From NCBI GenBank assembly GCA_964634545.1, contig CAZWIW010000005.1, positions 1-58,971 on the forward strand: 58,971 nt of DNA, in the 5' to 3' direction. The position numbers and the translations under genes are program-made. The stretch is from an uncultured Rubrivirga sp. (GTDB lineage Bacteria > Actinomycetota > Actinomycetes > S36-B12). A model generated the notes under the pieces. That model saw only the letters and a list, made by a program, of their open reading frames with translations, was not told where the DNA came from and ran no database searches. Of the stretch, positions 42,255-50,921 are shown piece by piece (position 1 is the stretch's first letter; each line of letters opens with the position of its first letter).

Positions 42255-44827
42255 TGCCGACCTGCCAACAAATGTTCGGCCTCGCTCGCCAATTGCGCGC
42301 GGTTCACTTTCGCCCCGTGTCGGATGTCAACCGGCATCGCGTCACGCCAGAGCACGGCTGCTGTCATCGGCATGACTGTTCGGACCCGATCGGTGAGATC
42401 CGCCGACGCCAATCGAATCTTTCCCCGCTTGCGGCTTCGAGCCTTCCCCGTAGCCGGGGCGAGCACCACTGCGATCACCTGCACACCGGTCGGACCGATT
42501 CCCACGGCCGCGGCTTGGAAGCCCTCGCCGGCTAGTTCGGCCTCCACGAGTTGTTCGATCGAAACAGGTCCGAGCGGTCCCTGCGCCGTCGTGATGACAT
42601 GCGCCAAGCGACCCTCGATACGCAGGCGACCTTCGGCATCCAGCCGACCGATGTCCCCAGTTCGATGCCACCCCCGGTTGCGACTGGCCTGCTGTTCGGT
42701 GAACGCGCGGGCGTCGTAGCGCGACTTGCCGTGCCGGGCCCGCAACGCCACCTCCCCCAGGACACCGGCATCGCTGCGCAATTCCTCGCTGGGAACGCCT
42801 GCTTCGTCCAACTCCGCGATCGCGACATGCACACCCGGAAGTGGCCGACCGACGAGGACTCCGCCGCTCGCATCAGCGGCCACAATCTCCGCGGCGCGTA
42901 CGTCGGTCGCGGGAAGGACTTCGGTCATGCCGTAGGGCGTCCGCACATCCACATCCGGCCAGCACTCCAGAACCTCACCCACCAGTGCTTGGGAGACCGG
43001 CGCACCAGCGATGAGTAGCAGGCGCAGTGTCCGCGTGCGAGACCGCAGTTCCTCGCGCTCCACAGTGCCTGCAGGTGCACTCGCCAAAACCGACCGCACG
43101 GCCGCGGGTGATGCCCACATGACCGTGCCTCCAGCGTGCTCGACTGCGTTGCCGAGGGCCTGCGCCGAGAGTGTCCCCGGCCGCGACGCATCCATCTGCG
43201 GAATTACCGACGGCAAACCGACGAGCGGTCCCATCACCGACCATGGGGCAAACGCTGCGACGAGTACGTCGGAGGAGGTGAATTCATAGGCCTCACGCAA
43301 CACTTCGGCCGTTGCCGCCAACCGCGCCCATGAATAAGCCACTGGCTTGGCTGCACCGGTGGCACCGGAGGTGAACACGATCACGGCATCGGTATCAGGG
43401 TCCGGTTCGGCCACCGAAGTGTCCGCTCCATCTCCCAGCAGATCAACAAGTCGGTCGGCCCACATCACCCGCTCCCGCATCCCGACCGCGACAACGATCG
43501 GCATCGCGCGACGAATCGCCACCACATGGTCCAAGCGAGCGCCACGTAGCGCGCGGACCATGGCCGGAGGTTTGTGGGCAGCGTCGATCACAACCACCGT
43601 GGCGCCGAGATGCCACAAGCCGTACACAACAGCAAGCAAATCCGCACTCGGTGGCACCAAGACGGCCACACGATCACCTGGAGCAACGCCCTGCTGCCTG
43701 AAGCCGCTTGCCAGGCGACGCACCCGATCATCGAGCAGCGACCACGAAACACTGCGCCACCGGGTCGAACTGCGGGTCGTGATGGCTGGCTGCGAACTGA
43801 CGGCCAGATCGCGCATCCGGCTTCCCGGATGACGGGGCGCAGTCCCAGCGTTCGGATCCACATTCGCCCGATCGCCGACGGACACGGGCTTACGAGAAGC
43901 AGGCTCACGAGAAGCGCATTCACCGATCCACGCCCAGATGTCGGCGATCGCGTCGGGGCGATCTTCGAGTACCAGGTGACCGGCATCGGCGAACTGCTGA
44001 ACCTGCGCGTGCGGCATCCGCCGCCGCAGATCATCGAGGTAGCGCACGGAGAAGACCGGATCGCGCAACCCCCACACCAACAACGTGGGGATCTGCACGA
44101 GTTCTGGCAAACCTGCGGCCACTCGCCGCAGAGTCGGCATCGACGGGTGATCGTCTTCCAACGGAATGTCAGCGACGAAATCCCCGATAGGACGACGTAG
44201 CTCCGCGGTTCCATAAGGCGCACGGAACGCTCGGGCCGTCGATCGATCGACAGAGGAGATAGCGGTGGTCCCGCGCAGGAACGTGGTGGTGCGCACGCAA
44301 ACGCCTTCTCGCAGGGCGCCAGCTCGGGCTAGCGAGATCAAGCGTGGTGCTGCACTGTCATGCGGCTGGTGGACCGCCGTGTTCGTCAGCGCGATCGCGG
44401 CGAGGCGACCTTCGGGTGCCGCGTAGGTGCTCGCCCATCCGAGTGCAACTGGGCCGCCCCAATCGTGAGCCAGCAACGCGATCTGACCACCGATGTCCAG
44501 TGCACCGACGATGGCCTGAAGGTCATCGATGCGCCTGCCGAGTCGCCGCATTCGACCCGTGCGTGCGGAGAATCCCATGCCTACCTGATCGATAGCGACG
44601 ACACGCACATCGGCCGGCGCTTGGGCGATCACCTCGCGCCACAGGTACGACCAGGTTGGGTTGCCGTGAACGCACACAAGCGTGAGCTCGGCATCGGCAG
44701 GCCCCGCATCAAGGACGTGCACTCCGATGGTGGAGTCGGTATCGGTGTCGTCGATGAAGACGATGCGCGACCAGTCCGGCGATATGCCGGGAAGGGCCGG
44801 GGGCGTTCGCGCTGGAGCGCTCACCAC
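42251..44827 (-). CDS. oleBC: OleBC fusion: haloalkane-dehalogenase-like alpha/beta hydrolase (OleB, beta-lactone decarboxylase) plus AMP-dependent ligase (OleC, beta-lactone synthetase)
   Basis: 858-aa ORF. The N-terminal half carries HGNPTWSYLW and the Asp nucleophile HDWGG. The C-terminal half carries ANL motifs FTSGATGAAKP and TGDIGRLDAEGRL. The GTG overlaps the oleA stop. Confidence 0.85.
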   Translation of the reverse strand: MVSAPARTPPALPGISPDWSRIVFIDDTDTDSTIGVHVLDAGPADAELTLVCVHGNPTWSYLWREVIAQAPADVRVVAIDQVGMGFSARTGRMRRLGRRIDDLQAIVGALDIGGQIALLAHDWGGPVALGWASTYAAPEGRLAAIALTNTAVHQPHDSAAPRLISLARAGALREGVCVRTTTFLRGTTAISSVDRSTARAFRAPYGTAELRRPIGDFVADIPLEDDHPSMPTLRRVAAGLPELVQIPTLLVWGLRDPVFSVRYLDDLRRRMPHAQVQQFADAGHLVLEDRPDAIADIWAWIGECASREPASRKPVSVGDRANVDPNAGTAPRHPGSRMRDLAVSSQPAITTRSSTRWRSVSWSLLDDRVRRLASGFRQQGVAPGDRVAVLVPPSADLLAVVYGLWHLGATVVVIDAAHKPPAMVRALRGARLDHVVAIRRAMPIVVAVGMRERVMWADRLVDLLGDGADTSVAEPDPDTDAVIVFTSGATGAAKPVAYSWARLAATAEVLREAYEFTSSDVLVAAFAPWSVMGPLVGLPSVIPQMDASRPGTLSAQALGNAVEHAGGTVMWASPAAVRSVLASAPAGTVEREELRSRTRTLRLLLIAGAPVSQALVGEVLECWPDVDVRTPYGMTEVLPATDVRAAEIVAADASGGVLVGRPLPGVHVAIAELDEAGVPSEELRSDAGVLGEVALRARHGKSRYDARAFTEQQASRNRGWHRTGDIGRLDAEGRLRIEGRLAHVITTAQGPLGPVSIEQLVEAELAGEGFQAAAVGIGPTGVQVIAVVLAPATGKARSRKRGKIRLASADLTDRVRTVMPMTAAVLWRDAMPVDIRHGAKVNRAQLASEAEHLLAGRQ

Positions 44828-45858
44828 TCGATTTCGATGACCGCGGAGTTGAGTCCGGATCCGATTCCCATTGCAGCCACGCGATTACCTGGCACCAAAC
44901 CCTCAGCGGACATAGCCAACGTAAATGGAACAGAGGCCGGTCCGATGTTCCCGCGGGTGGGGAAGGTCTGCGGGACCCGGGCAGGGTCGATGTGCAAAGC
45001 CTGCGTAATCGCCTCGGTGTGCACCTTCGAAACCTGATGGATGACGTAGAGGTCGAGATCGGACCAGTCGAAGGTGGTGGCCGCATCGGCCCAGGTTGCG
45101 ACTGCCAGTTCCACCGCCGCCTCCAGCAGCGCACGGCTGTCGGTGCGCATGCCCTCGAGGTCACCCAGACACAACAGGTTGTGCTCGGTCGCGGCTCGAG
45201 AAACTCCACCAACGAAGCGGTGCCCTTCCGGGTGGGCAGAGGCCCGTCCCAGCACCATCGCGGCGCCACCAGACCCCAACGTGAAGGTGGCGAAGTTCTC
45301 CAAGATCTCATCGCGAGTTGGGCTGGTGGCGTTCAAACGCTCGATGGTTCGCTGTTGGGTGTACCGACTGCCCTCACCGTCCACGATGAGGGCGTAGTCG
45401 ATCTGACCGGCATCCAGCATGGTGGCAGCGAGTTGCATACCGCTCATGAAGCCCAAGCACGCGTTACTCAAATCGAAATTCGTGCACGCGGTCGAAAGGC
45501 CAAGTTGCCGGTGCACATCCACCGAAGCAGACGGCTCCAAGCGTTCGCGGCAGACCGAGGTGTCGATAAGGAGCCCGACGGCCGCCGGATCGACTCCGGC
45601 TTCGGCGAGCGCCTTGGCACCGGCCATCGCGGCGGCATCAGCGAAGGTGACATCCTCTGGCCACCAACGACGCTCTGTGATGCCAGCGAGCTGCTCGAGC
45701 ATGCCCGGTCGCATGCCCGCTTGCTGGTAGGCGCCGAGGAGTTGATTGTCGATCTCCTCGGAGGAAACCACGCGGGGAGCATCCACCGCAGCCACCGAGA
45801 GCACCGCGGTGTCGCGGTACTGGAAAATGGCGCTGCCTGACACCGAACCCCATGCCAC
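44821..45858 (-). CDS. oleA: OleA: FabH-like thiolase for head-to-head acyl-CoA condensation
   Basis: 345-aa KAS-III-like ORF with active-site Cys in DLSNACLGF and a C-terminal GIGSGLN motif. It is the first gene of the ole operon. Confidence 0.85.
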   Translation of the reverse strand: MAWGSVSGSAIFQYRDTAVLSVAAVDAPRVVSSEEIDNQLLGAYQQAGMRPGMLEQLAGITERRWWPEDVTFADAAAMAGAKALAEAGVDPAAVGLLIDTSVCRERLEPSASVDVHRQLGLSTACTNFDLSNACLGFMSGMQLAATMLDAGQIDYALIVDGEGSRYTQQRTIERLNATSPTRDEILENFATFTLGSGGAAMVLGRASAHPEGHRFVGGVSRAATEHNLLCLGDLEGMRTDSRALLEAAVELAVATWADAATTFDWSDLDLYVIHQVSKVHTEAITQALHIDPARVPQTFPTRGNIGPASVPFTLAMSAEGLVPGNRVAAMGIGSGLNSAVIEIEW

Positions 45859-45933
45859 GGGCCCACATCCCTTCGCGTTGATCCTCTAGCCTGCCATGGA
45901 ACCCCCAATGCGACACCTCCTGCCCCACCCAAC

Positions 45934-47526
45934 ATGGCGTACCGTCATGAGGTGACCCCTTCTTCGGGACGTGCTTTCACGCGCAGCGCCTTCTCGCTAC
46001 TGGCAGCCGGCGCCCTGGCCGCGGGCTTGCTCACCTCCCCGGCGACAACCCCTAATGCCGAGGCACTCCAGCCAGCGCTCCAGCCAGCGCTCCAGCCAGC
46101 AGCGGACCCCGCGTCCAATCCCGCGCTCGCGAACTTCTACGCCCAACAAGTGCGGTGGGACCGGTGCGAAGGCCGGGGACCGAACGTGGAATGCGCGAGC
46201 GTCCAAGTGCCGCTGGACTACTCCAATCCGTCCACACGCACCCTGGAGTTGGCTCTCTTGCGGGTTCCGGCAACGGGGACTGCCCGCGGCTCGCTGGTCG
46301 TGAATCCGGGAGGCCCCGGAGCAGGAGGTGTCGACTTCGCCGAGTACCTCGGCAGCGTGGTCGATCGCGAGATACGCCAGGCATTCGACATCGTCGGCTT
46401 CGACCCACGCGGCGTGGGTCAGTCCGCGCCGGTCGAATGCTTAACAGGGAAGCAAACCACCCGCTGGTACCGCACCGACCCCACCCCGGACAACCGCCAG
46501 GAACGACGCACGTTGTGGCAGCGGGCCGGTCAGATTTCAGCAGGATGCCTTGAGCGCGACCCGCAACTTGCTCGCTTCGTTGGTACCGCCAACACCGTGC
46601 GCGACATGGACGTCATCCGCAGCGCTGTCGGCGATGAGGACCTGAACTGGTTCGGCTTCTCCTACGGAACTTCCCTCGGCGCGCTATACGCCCAGCAGTT
46701 TCCCGATCGAGTCGGGCGCATGGTGCTCGACGGAGGGGTGGATCCGCGACTAGATGCCATGGAGGTGTCGGCGGATCAGTCGAAAGGCTTCCAGCGCGCC
46801 GTCCAACGCTTTGCGGCCGACTGCGCACGCAAGGTCCGATGCGTAGCGGACACTCCCTCGGGTGTGATTCGCGAGTTGAACACGATCTTGCGCAAACTCG
46901 ATCGCAAATCGTTGCCCACCGACGGCTCCCGACGACTGGTGCAAGGCGAAGCCATCACCGCTGTGTTCTTCAGCATGTACTCCACGAGCCTGTGGCCCAC
47001 ACTGCGAACTGGCCTCACCGACGCCGCCCAGGGTGACGGCACGACGCTGCAACTCCTCGCGCAGCTGGCCAACGATCAGACAGGTCCGAATGAGTACGGC
47101 ACCAACATCGCATCGGCCTTCTACGCGATCGGTTGCTGGGATTACCCGGCCACCCCCGACCGTTCGGGTCTGCGGGTGGCCGCTCGGGACTTCTCGCGCA
47201 ATGCGAAAGTGCCCGAACTCGCACGCGCGATGTCATGGGGCAACGCACCGTGTTCGCAGTGGTTCGGGCACTCACCGACTCCTCCGGCAGCAGTGTCGTC
47301 AACCACCACGGCCCCGATCTTGATCATCGGAACGACCTTCGATCCAGCTACCCCGTACGCCTGGTCCCAGGCGCTAGCCGAGCAACTGCCCACAAGTCGG
47401 CTGCTCACCCACAGAGGAGACGGCCACACCGCCTACGGCGACACCAACCTGTGTATCGACGACATCACCGACCGGTATCTGCTGACCGGTGCACTACCTC
47501 AGGCCGGGACTACCTGCACGAGCTGA
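45934..47526 (+). CDS. secreted alpha/beta hydrolase, tripeptidyl-aminopeptidase (TAP/SlpD) family
   Basis: 530-aa ORF with a signal peptide (LLAAGALAAGLLTSPATTPNAEA), nucleophile elbow GFSYGT and a C-terminal TAP-like region (GTTFDPATPY...GDGHTAYG). Confidence 0.75.
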   Translation: MAYRHEVTPSSGRAFTRSAFSLLAAGALAAGLLTSPATTPNAEALQPALQPALQPAADPASNPALANFYAQQVRWDRCEGRGPNVECASVQVPLDYSNPSTRTLELALLRVPATGTARGSLVVNPGGPGAGGVDFAEYLGSVVDREIRQAFDIVGFDPRGVGQSAPVECLTGKQTTRWYRTDPTPDNRQERRTLWQRAGQISAGCLERDPQLARFVGTANTVRDMDVIRSAVGDEDLNWFGFSYGTSLGALYAQQFPDRVGRMVLDGGVDPRLDAMEVSADQSKGFQRAVQRFAADCARKVRCVADTPSGVIRELNTILRKLDRKSLPTDGSRRLVQGEAITAVFFSMYSTSLWPTLRTGLTDAAQGDGTTLQLLAQLANDQTGPNEYGTNIASAFYAIGCWDYPATPDRSGLRVAARDFSRNAKVPELARAMSWGNAPCSQWFGHSPTPPAAVSSTTTAPILIIGTTFDPATPYAWSQALAEQLPTSRLLTHRGDGHTAYGDTNLCIDDITDRYLLTGALPQAGTTCTS

Positions 47527-48465
47527 TCAGCGGCCGGGGTCTTCGCCGGACTTATCTTCTTTCTGTGAATCGTCTCCGAGCCCAGCGAGGAACTCCTCCA
47601 CCTGAGCGGCGATCTCATCACCACTGGGTACTTCACCCTGGGGTGCGCTACTTGGCTTGGTGAGAGCGCTGCGCGCTTCGCTCATCTGGTCGTATTGGGC
47701 TTCGAGCGCCGAGACCACCGCAGCGAACTCCTCGTTCCCGGAAAGTTGATCGGCGACCTCACTCTCGGCCTTCTGTGCGCCTTCTTCGAGTCCAACGCCG
47801 GAAAGGGACAAGCCGGTGACGTCCGTGAGTCCTTCGACCAGCACCATCGCGCATCGGGGAAAGTCGAACTGCACGAGGTAGTGCGGCACCTGCGCGGTGA
47901 CCCCGATGGAGGACAAGCCGCGCTGCCCGAGGTGGTACTCCAGCAAAGCCCCCATGTGGCCGGGTACCTCGATGTCACCGAGCACCGCGCTGCGTCCGGC
48001 GATCAACTCCGGATCGTTGCCGTGCACCGTGATTCCGATCGGTCGAGTGTGTGGCGCTGGCCAGGGAATAGCCGACAACCCGACAGCGCTGGTTACCTCG
48101 AAGGCATCCACCACTAGGTCGACAGCAGCCAGAAAGCGGTTCCACTGATAGTCCGGTTCGGGGCCGTCGAGCAACAAGAACGCCTGTCCGGAATCGTCGA
48201 TAACGCGACTGACTGTGATGGCTGGCGTGTCAACGCTAGAGAAGTGATCGCTGGAGAAGGTCATCCGCGGGCGCCGTGCCCGATAGTCGAGCAGCTCATC
48301 CACGTCGAATGACGCCACCACGGTCGTTTGGCATGACTCCTTGATGCTCGCGGCCGCCTGCCGCACCCCAGCGCCGGCATCCACGAATCCGCTGAACGCA
48401 TGCACCATGGTCGGGATCGACTCGTAGTCGCCGTACATGGTGAGCAACTTCCCCGGTGAACGCAT
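47527..48465 (-). CDS. PAC2 (proteasome assembly chaperone 2-like) family protein
   Basis: 312-aa ORF. The MVHAFSGFVDAGAG N-terminal motif and overall layout are typical of actinobacterial PAC2 proteins. Acidic C-terminus. Confidence 0.75.
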   Translation of the reverse strand: MRSPGKLLTMYGDYESIPTMVHAFSGFVDAGAGVRQAAASIKESCQTTVVASFDVDELLDYRARRPRMTFSSDHFSSVDTPAITVSRVIDDSGQAFLLLDGPEPDYQWNRFLAAVDLVVDAFEVTSAVGLSAIPWPAPHTRPIGITVHGNDPELIAGRSAVLGDIEVPGHMGALLEYHLGQRGLSSIGVTAQVPHYLVQFDFPRCAMVLVEGLTDVTGLSLSGVGLEEGAQKAESEVADQLSGNEEFAAVVSALEAQYDQMSEARSALTKPSSAPQGEVPSGDEIAAQVEEFLAGLGDDSQKEDKSGEDPGR

Positions 48466-48486
48466 GCCTTCCAGGGTACGTGCGGG

Positions 48487-48957
48487 CTACTGGCTTGGCG
48501 ATCCCGGATCGGTTCCCTGCTCTTCGCTTGCTTTCGCGGGTGTCTTCTTCGTCGTGGTCTTCTTGGCGGCGGTCTTTTTCGCGCTTGCCTTCTTAGCCGT
48601 CTTCGCGGTCGTTTTCTTTGCGGCGGCCTTCTTGGTGGTCTTCTTCGTCCCGCTCGTCGCCTTCTTCGCCGCCTTCTTGGCGGTGCCAGTCGTCTTCTTC
48701 GCAGCAGCTTCGCCGTCGGGCTGCGCCTGCGGCTCGGACTCCGGCTGCGGCTCCGACTGCAAATCAGGCTCCGCCTGCGCGGACGCCGATTGCGCGTCGC
48801 CGCGTTCCGGCGCGGGTGCATCCACCAGATCCCGGAGCGTGCTCGGTGGGTTCGCGGTAACGATCGTCTGCACCGAGGCCTGGTTCTTCCCGCGCCACCA
48901 CAGCCATCCGGCCGCCCCGATAGCGGCCAGGAGCAGAACCCACAACGCCCGGCGCAC
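48487..48957 (-). CDS. membrane-anchored protein with an acidic spacer and a Lys/Ala/Thr-rich histone-H1/HBHA-like tail
   Basis: 156-aa ORF with an N-terminal TM helix (ALWVLLLAAIGAAGWLWW), a Glu/Pro/Gln-rich segment and ~70 aa of (A/T)KK(A/T) repeats. Confidence 0.55.
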   Translation of the reverse strand: MRRALWVLLLAAIGAAGWLWWRGKNQASVQTIVTANPPSTLRDLVDAPAPERGDAQSASAQAEPDLQSEPQPESEPQAQPDGEAAAKKTTGTAKKAAKKATSGTKKTTKKAAAKKTTAKTAKKASAKKTAAKKTTTKKTPAKASEEQGTDPGSPSQ

Positions 48958-48998
48958 GCTACGACGCTAACAGTCCAGCGCAGCCGCCGCCCGGATAA

Positions 48999-50237
48999 TC
49001 AACGACGAGTGAGGTTGGATCGGAACTTGTCCACCATGGCCGAGGATCCCCAGAAGGCGTCCTGTTGCCCAGGCGGCAAGGTGAGCGCGTATTCACACAC
49101 CTTCGACCAGGCGATACCAACTGCCCGGGTCAAGGAACCGGCCACCGTGGCCGAGATGGCCGAACCGGCGACAACACCGCCGGGCACGAACTTCAGCAGG
49201 TTCGTCACCGCGTACCGACCGGCCATCGTCGCCCCACCGGTGAGGACCAACGACCCAGCTACCGCAAGGGCTCGCGAGCGCCGCGGAGGCAACCCGTAGG
49301 CGGCGGAAATGCGGGAGAGCATCGTGACTTGATTCGGTACCAGTAAAGCGGCATCAGCGAAGGGGATCGGGACGGCGCCGATCCCAGAAGCGACGGTGAC
49401 GGCCTGGTTGATGATGGCCTTCACGGCTTTTTTTTTGCGCTCCATGTCTAGCCGCTGCGCGGCGGTCAGCGCGGCCTCGGCTGCTTCCGGAGCTACGTCG
49501 TAGGTAGCGTCCAGTAGTTCTTGCAACCCGAAGACGGGCGCATCGGTGAACGTATCGCCCAGTGCGTTAGTCAGAACAGGTCGCCCGCCAGCCCGAATCG
49601 GCAGGTCGAGCCCAGTTATGTAGTCGGCGAGTTCGGTGGCATGCGGATGCACCTGACCATCGCGCGTCGGCACCTGGGTGATGACGATGATGACGGGCAG
49701 GCCAAGGTCGGCCAACCCCCGAACGAAGGCCGCCTGGGCGTCCTCGAACCGGCGATCGGACCATCGGACCAGGTACCAGGCCGCGTGGATCTGCTGGTCG
49801 ATCGGGCCGCGCCGACGTGACGTGACGACCTCATGTAGACCTTGCAGGATCTGGTCCCCTGCCGAACCCGTCTCGAAACCCTCGGAGTCGTAGATCCCCA
49901 GGAAGCCGTCATCGCGGCGGTGGTAGTGGATGCCCTTGGTGACCGACTGGCCTACGCCGGTGTCGGCAACGTCCTGTCCGAAGATCGCGTTCACCAAAGT
50001 CGACTTGCCGGCTCCGGTCGCGCCGAACACTGCGAGGTTGAAACAGCCGAGGGCCGCGAACGCATTCGTCAGTTCCTTGTCGAACAGTCCCTCGAGAGCC
50101 GTTTGGGACAGGTCAGCCGCACGGCCGGTGCCCGACTGATCGGATGGGTTGTGCTCGGTTGGCCCGCTTGCCCCGGTGGACTCAGTAGGCCCATCGGACT
50201 GACCGGGCCCAGTAGGCCCTGTGGGCACTGACGACAT
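48999..50237 (-). CDS. GTPase domain protein with a C-terminal DUF697-like membrane region
   Basis: 412-aa ORF with a disordered Gly/Pro/Thr N-terminus, P-loop GATGAGKST, G3 DSEGFE, and C-terminal hydrophobic helices (GIGAVPIPFADAALLVPNQ). Confidence 0.7.
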   Translation of the reverse strand: MSSVPTGPTGPGQSDGPTESTGASGPTEHNPSDQSGTGRAADLSQTALEGLFDKELTNAFAALGCFNLAVFGATGAGKSTLVNAIFGQDVADTGVGQSVTKGIHYHRRDDGFLGIYDSEGFETGSAGDQILQGLHEVVTSRRRGPIDQQIHAAWYLVRWSDRRFEDAQAAFVRGLADLGLPVIIVITQVPTRDGQVHPHATELADYITGLDLPIRAGGRPVLTNALGDTFTDAPVFGLQELLDATYDVAPEAAEAALTAAQRLDMERKKKAVKAIINQAVTVASGIGAVPIPFADAALLVPNQVTMLSRISAAYGLPPRRSRALAVAGSLVLTGGATMAGRYAVTNLLKFVPGGVVAGSAISATVAGSLTRAVGIAWSKVCEYALTLPPGQQDAFWGSSAMVDKFRSNLTRR

Positions 50238-50291
50238 AGTCGGCAGCGTACGCGCAGGTTAGGACCCGTCTCGGGTTACCGTGGTGGGGCC

Positions 50292-50900
50292 ATGGGCCCG
50301 ATCCGCTCGCCAGAGCGCTCCCCTGCTTCCCGATCCACCACGGCGTGGACCATCGGGATCGTTGTCGTTGCCATCGCCGCCCTCGCGGTCGTCTGGCTGG
50401 TGAATTCCGTGGACTGGGAACGCTGGCAGCAGGCCCGAGATACCGGCAGGTTCGGTGGTTCGCCAACCATCCCGCAGGAATACAGCCCGGTGCTCGCCGA
50501 GGCAGCGAAGCGCTGCCCGGAGATTCCCTCGCGGGTGCTCGCTGCGCAGATCGCGGTGGAGAGCGCCTGGCAGCCCGATGCAGTGAGCCCCGCAGGGGCC
50601 GAAGGCATCGCGCAGTTCATGCCCGGCACCTGGGAGCAGTACGGCATCGACGCGGACGGCGACGGCACCCGCGATGTATGGGATCCCATCGACGCCATCC
50701 ACTCCGCGGCAGCCTTGAACTGCGTAAACCGCTCTTTGGTAGCCGAGGTACCCGGAACCCCGCTGCACAACATCCTTGCTGCCTATAACGCCGGACACGG
50801 CGCGGTCCGCCAGTACGAAGGAGTGCCGCCTTTTCCGGAGACCGAGCAGTACATCGAGCGGGTACTCGACCTCGCCGAACGAATGCCTGTTCCGGGCTGA
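50292..50900 (+). CDS. lytic transglycosylase (SLT domain), membrane-anchored
   Basis: 202-aa ORF with an N-terminal TM helix and SLT motifs AQIAVESAW, GIAQFMPGTW and AYNAG. Confidence 0.8.
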   Translation: MGPIRSPERSPASRSTTAWTIGIVVVAIAALAVVWLVNSVDWERWQQARDTGRFGGSPTIPQEYSPVLAEAAKRCPEIPSRVLAAQIAVESAWQPDAVSPAGAEGIAQFMPGTWEQYGIDADGDGTRDVWDPIDAIHSAAALNCVNRSLVAEVPGTPLHNILAAYNAGHGAVRQYEGVPPFPETEQYIERVLDLAERMPVPG

Positions 50901-50921
50901 GTTCGAGCTACGTAGTCGCGC

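Noticed and set aside
38810-45858. Possible genomic island integrated at tRNA-Arg carrying yhhQ, tgt and the ole cluster
   Set aside because: There is no integrase, no flanking direct repeat of the tRNA 3' end and no visible shift in base composition apart from the short promoter patch. The genes are ordinary chromosomal functions.
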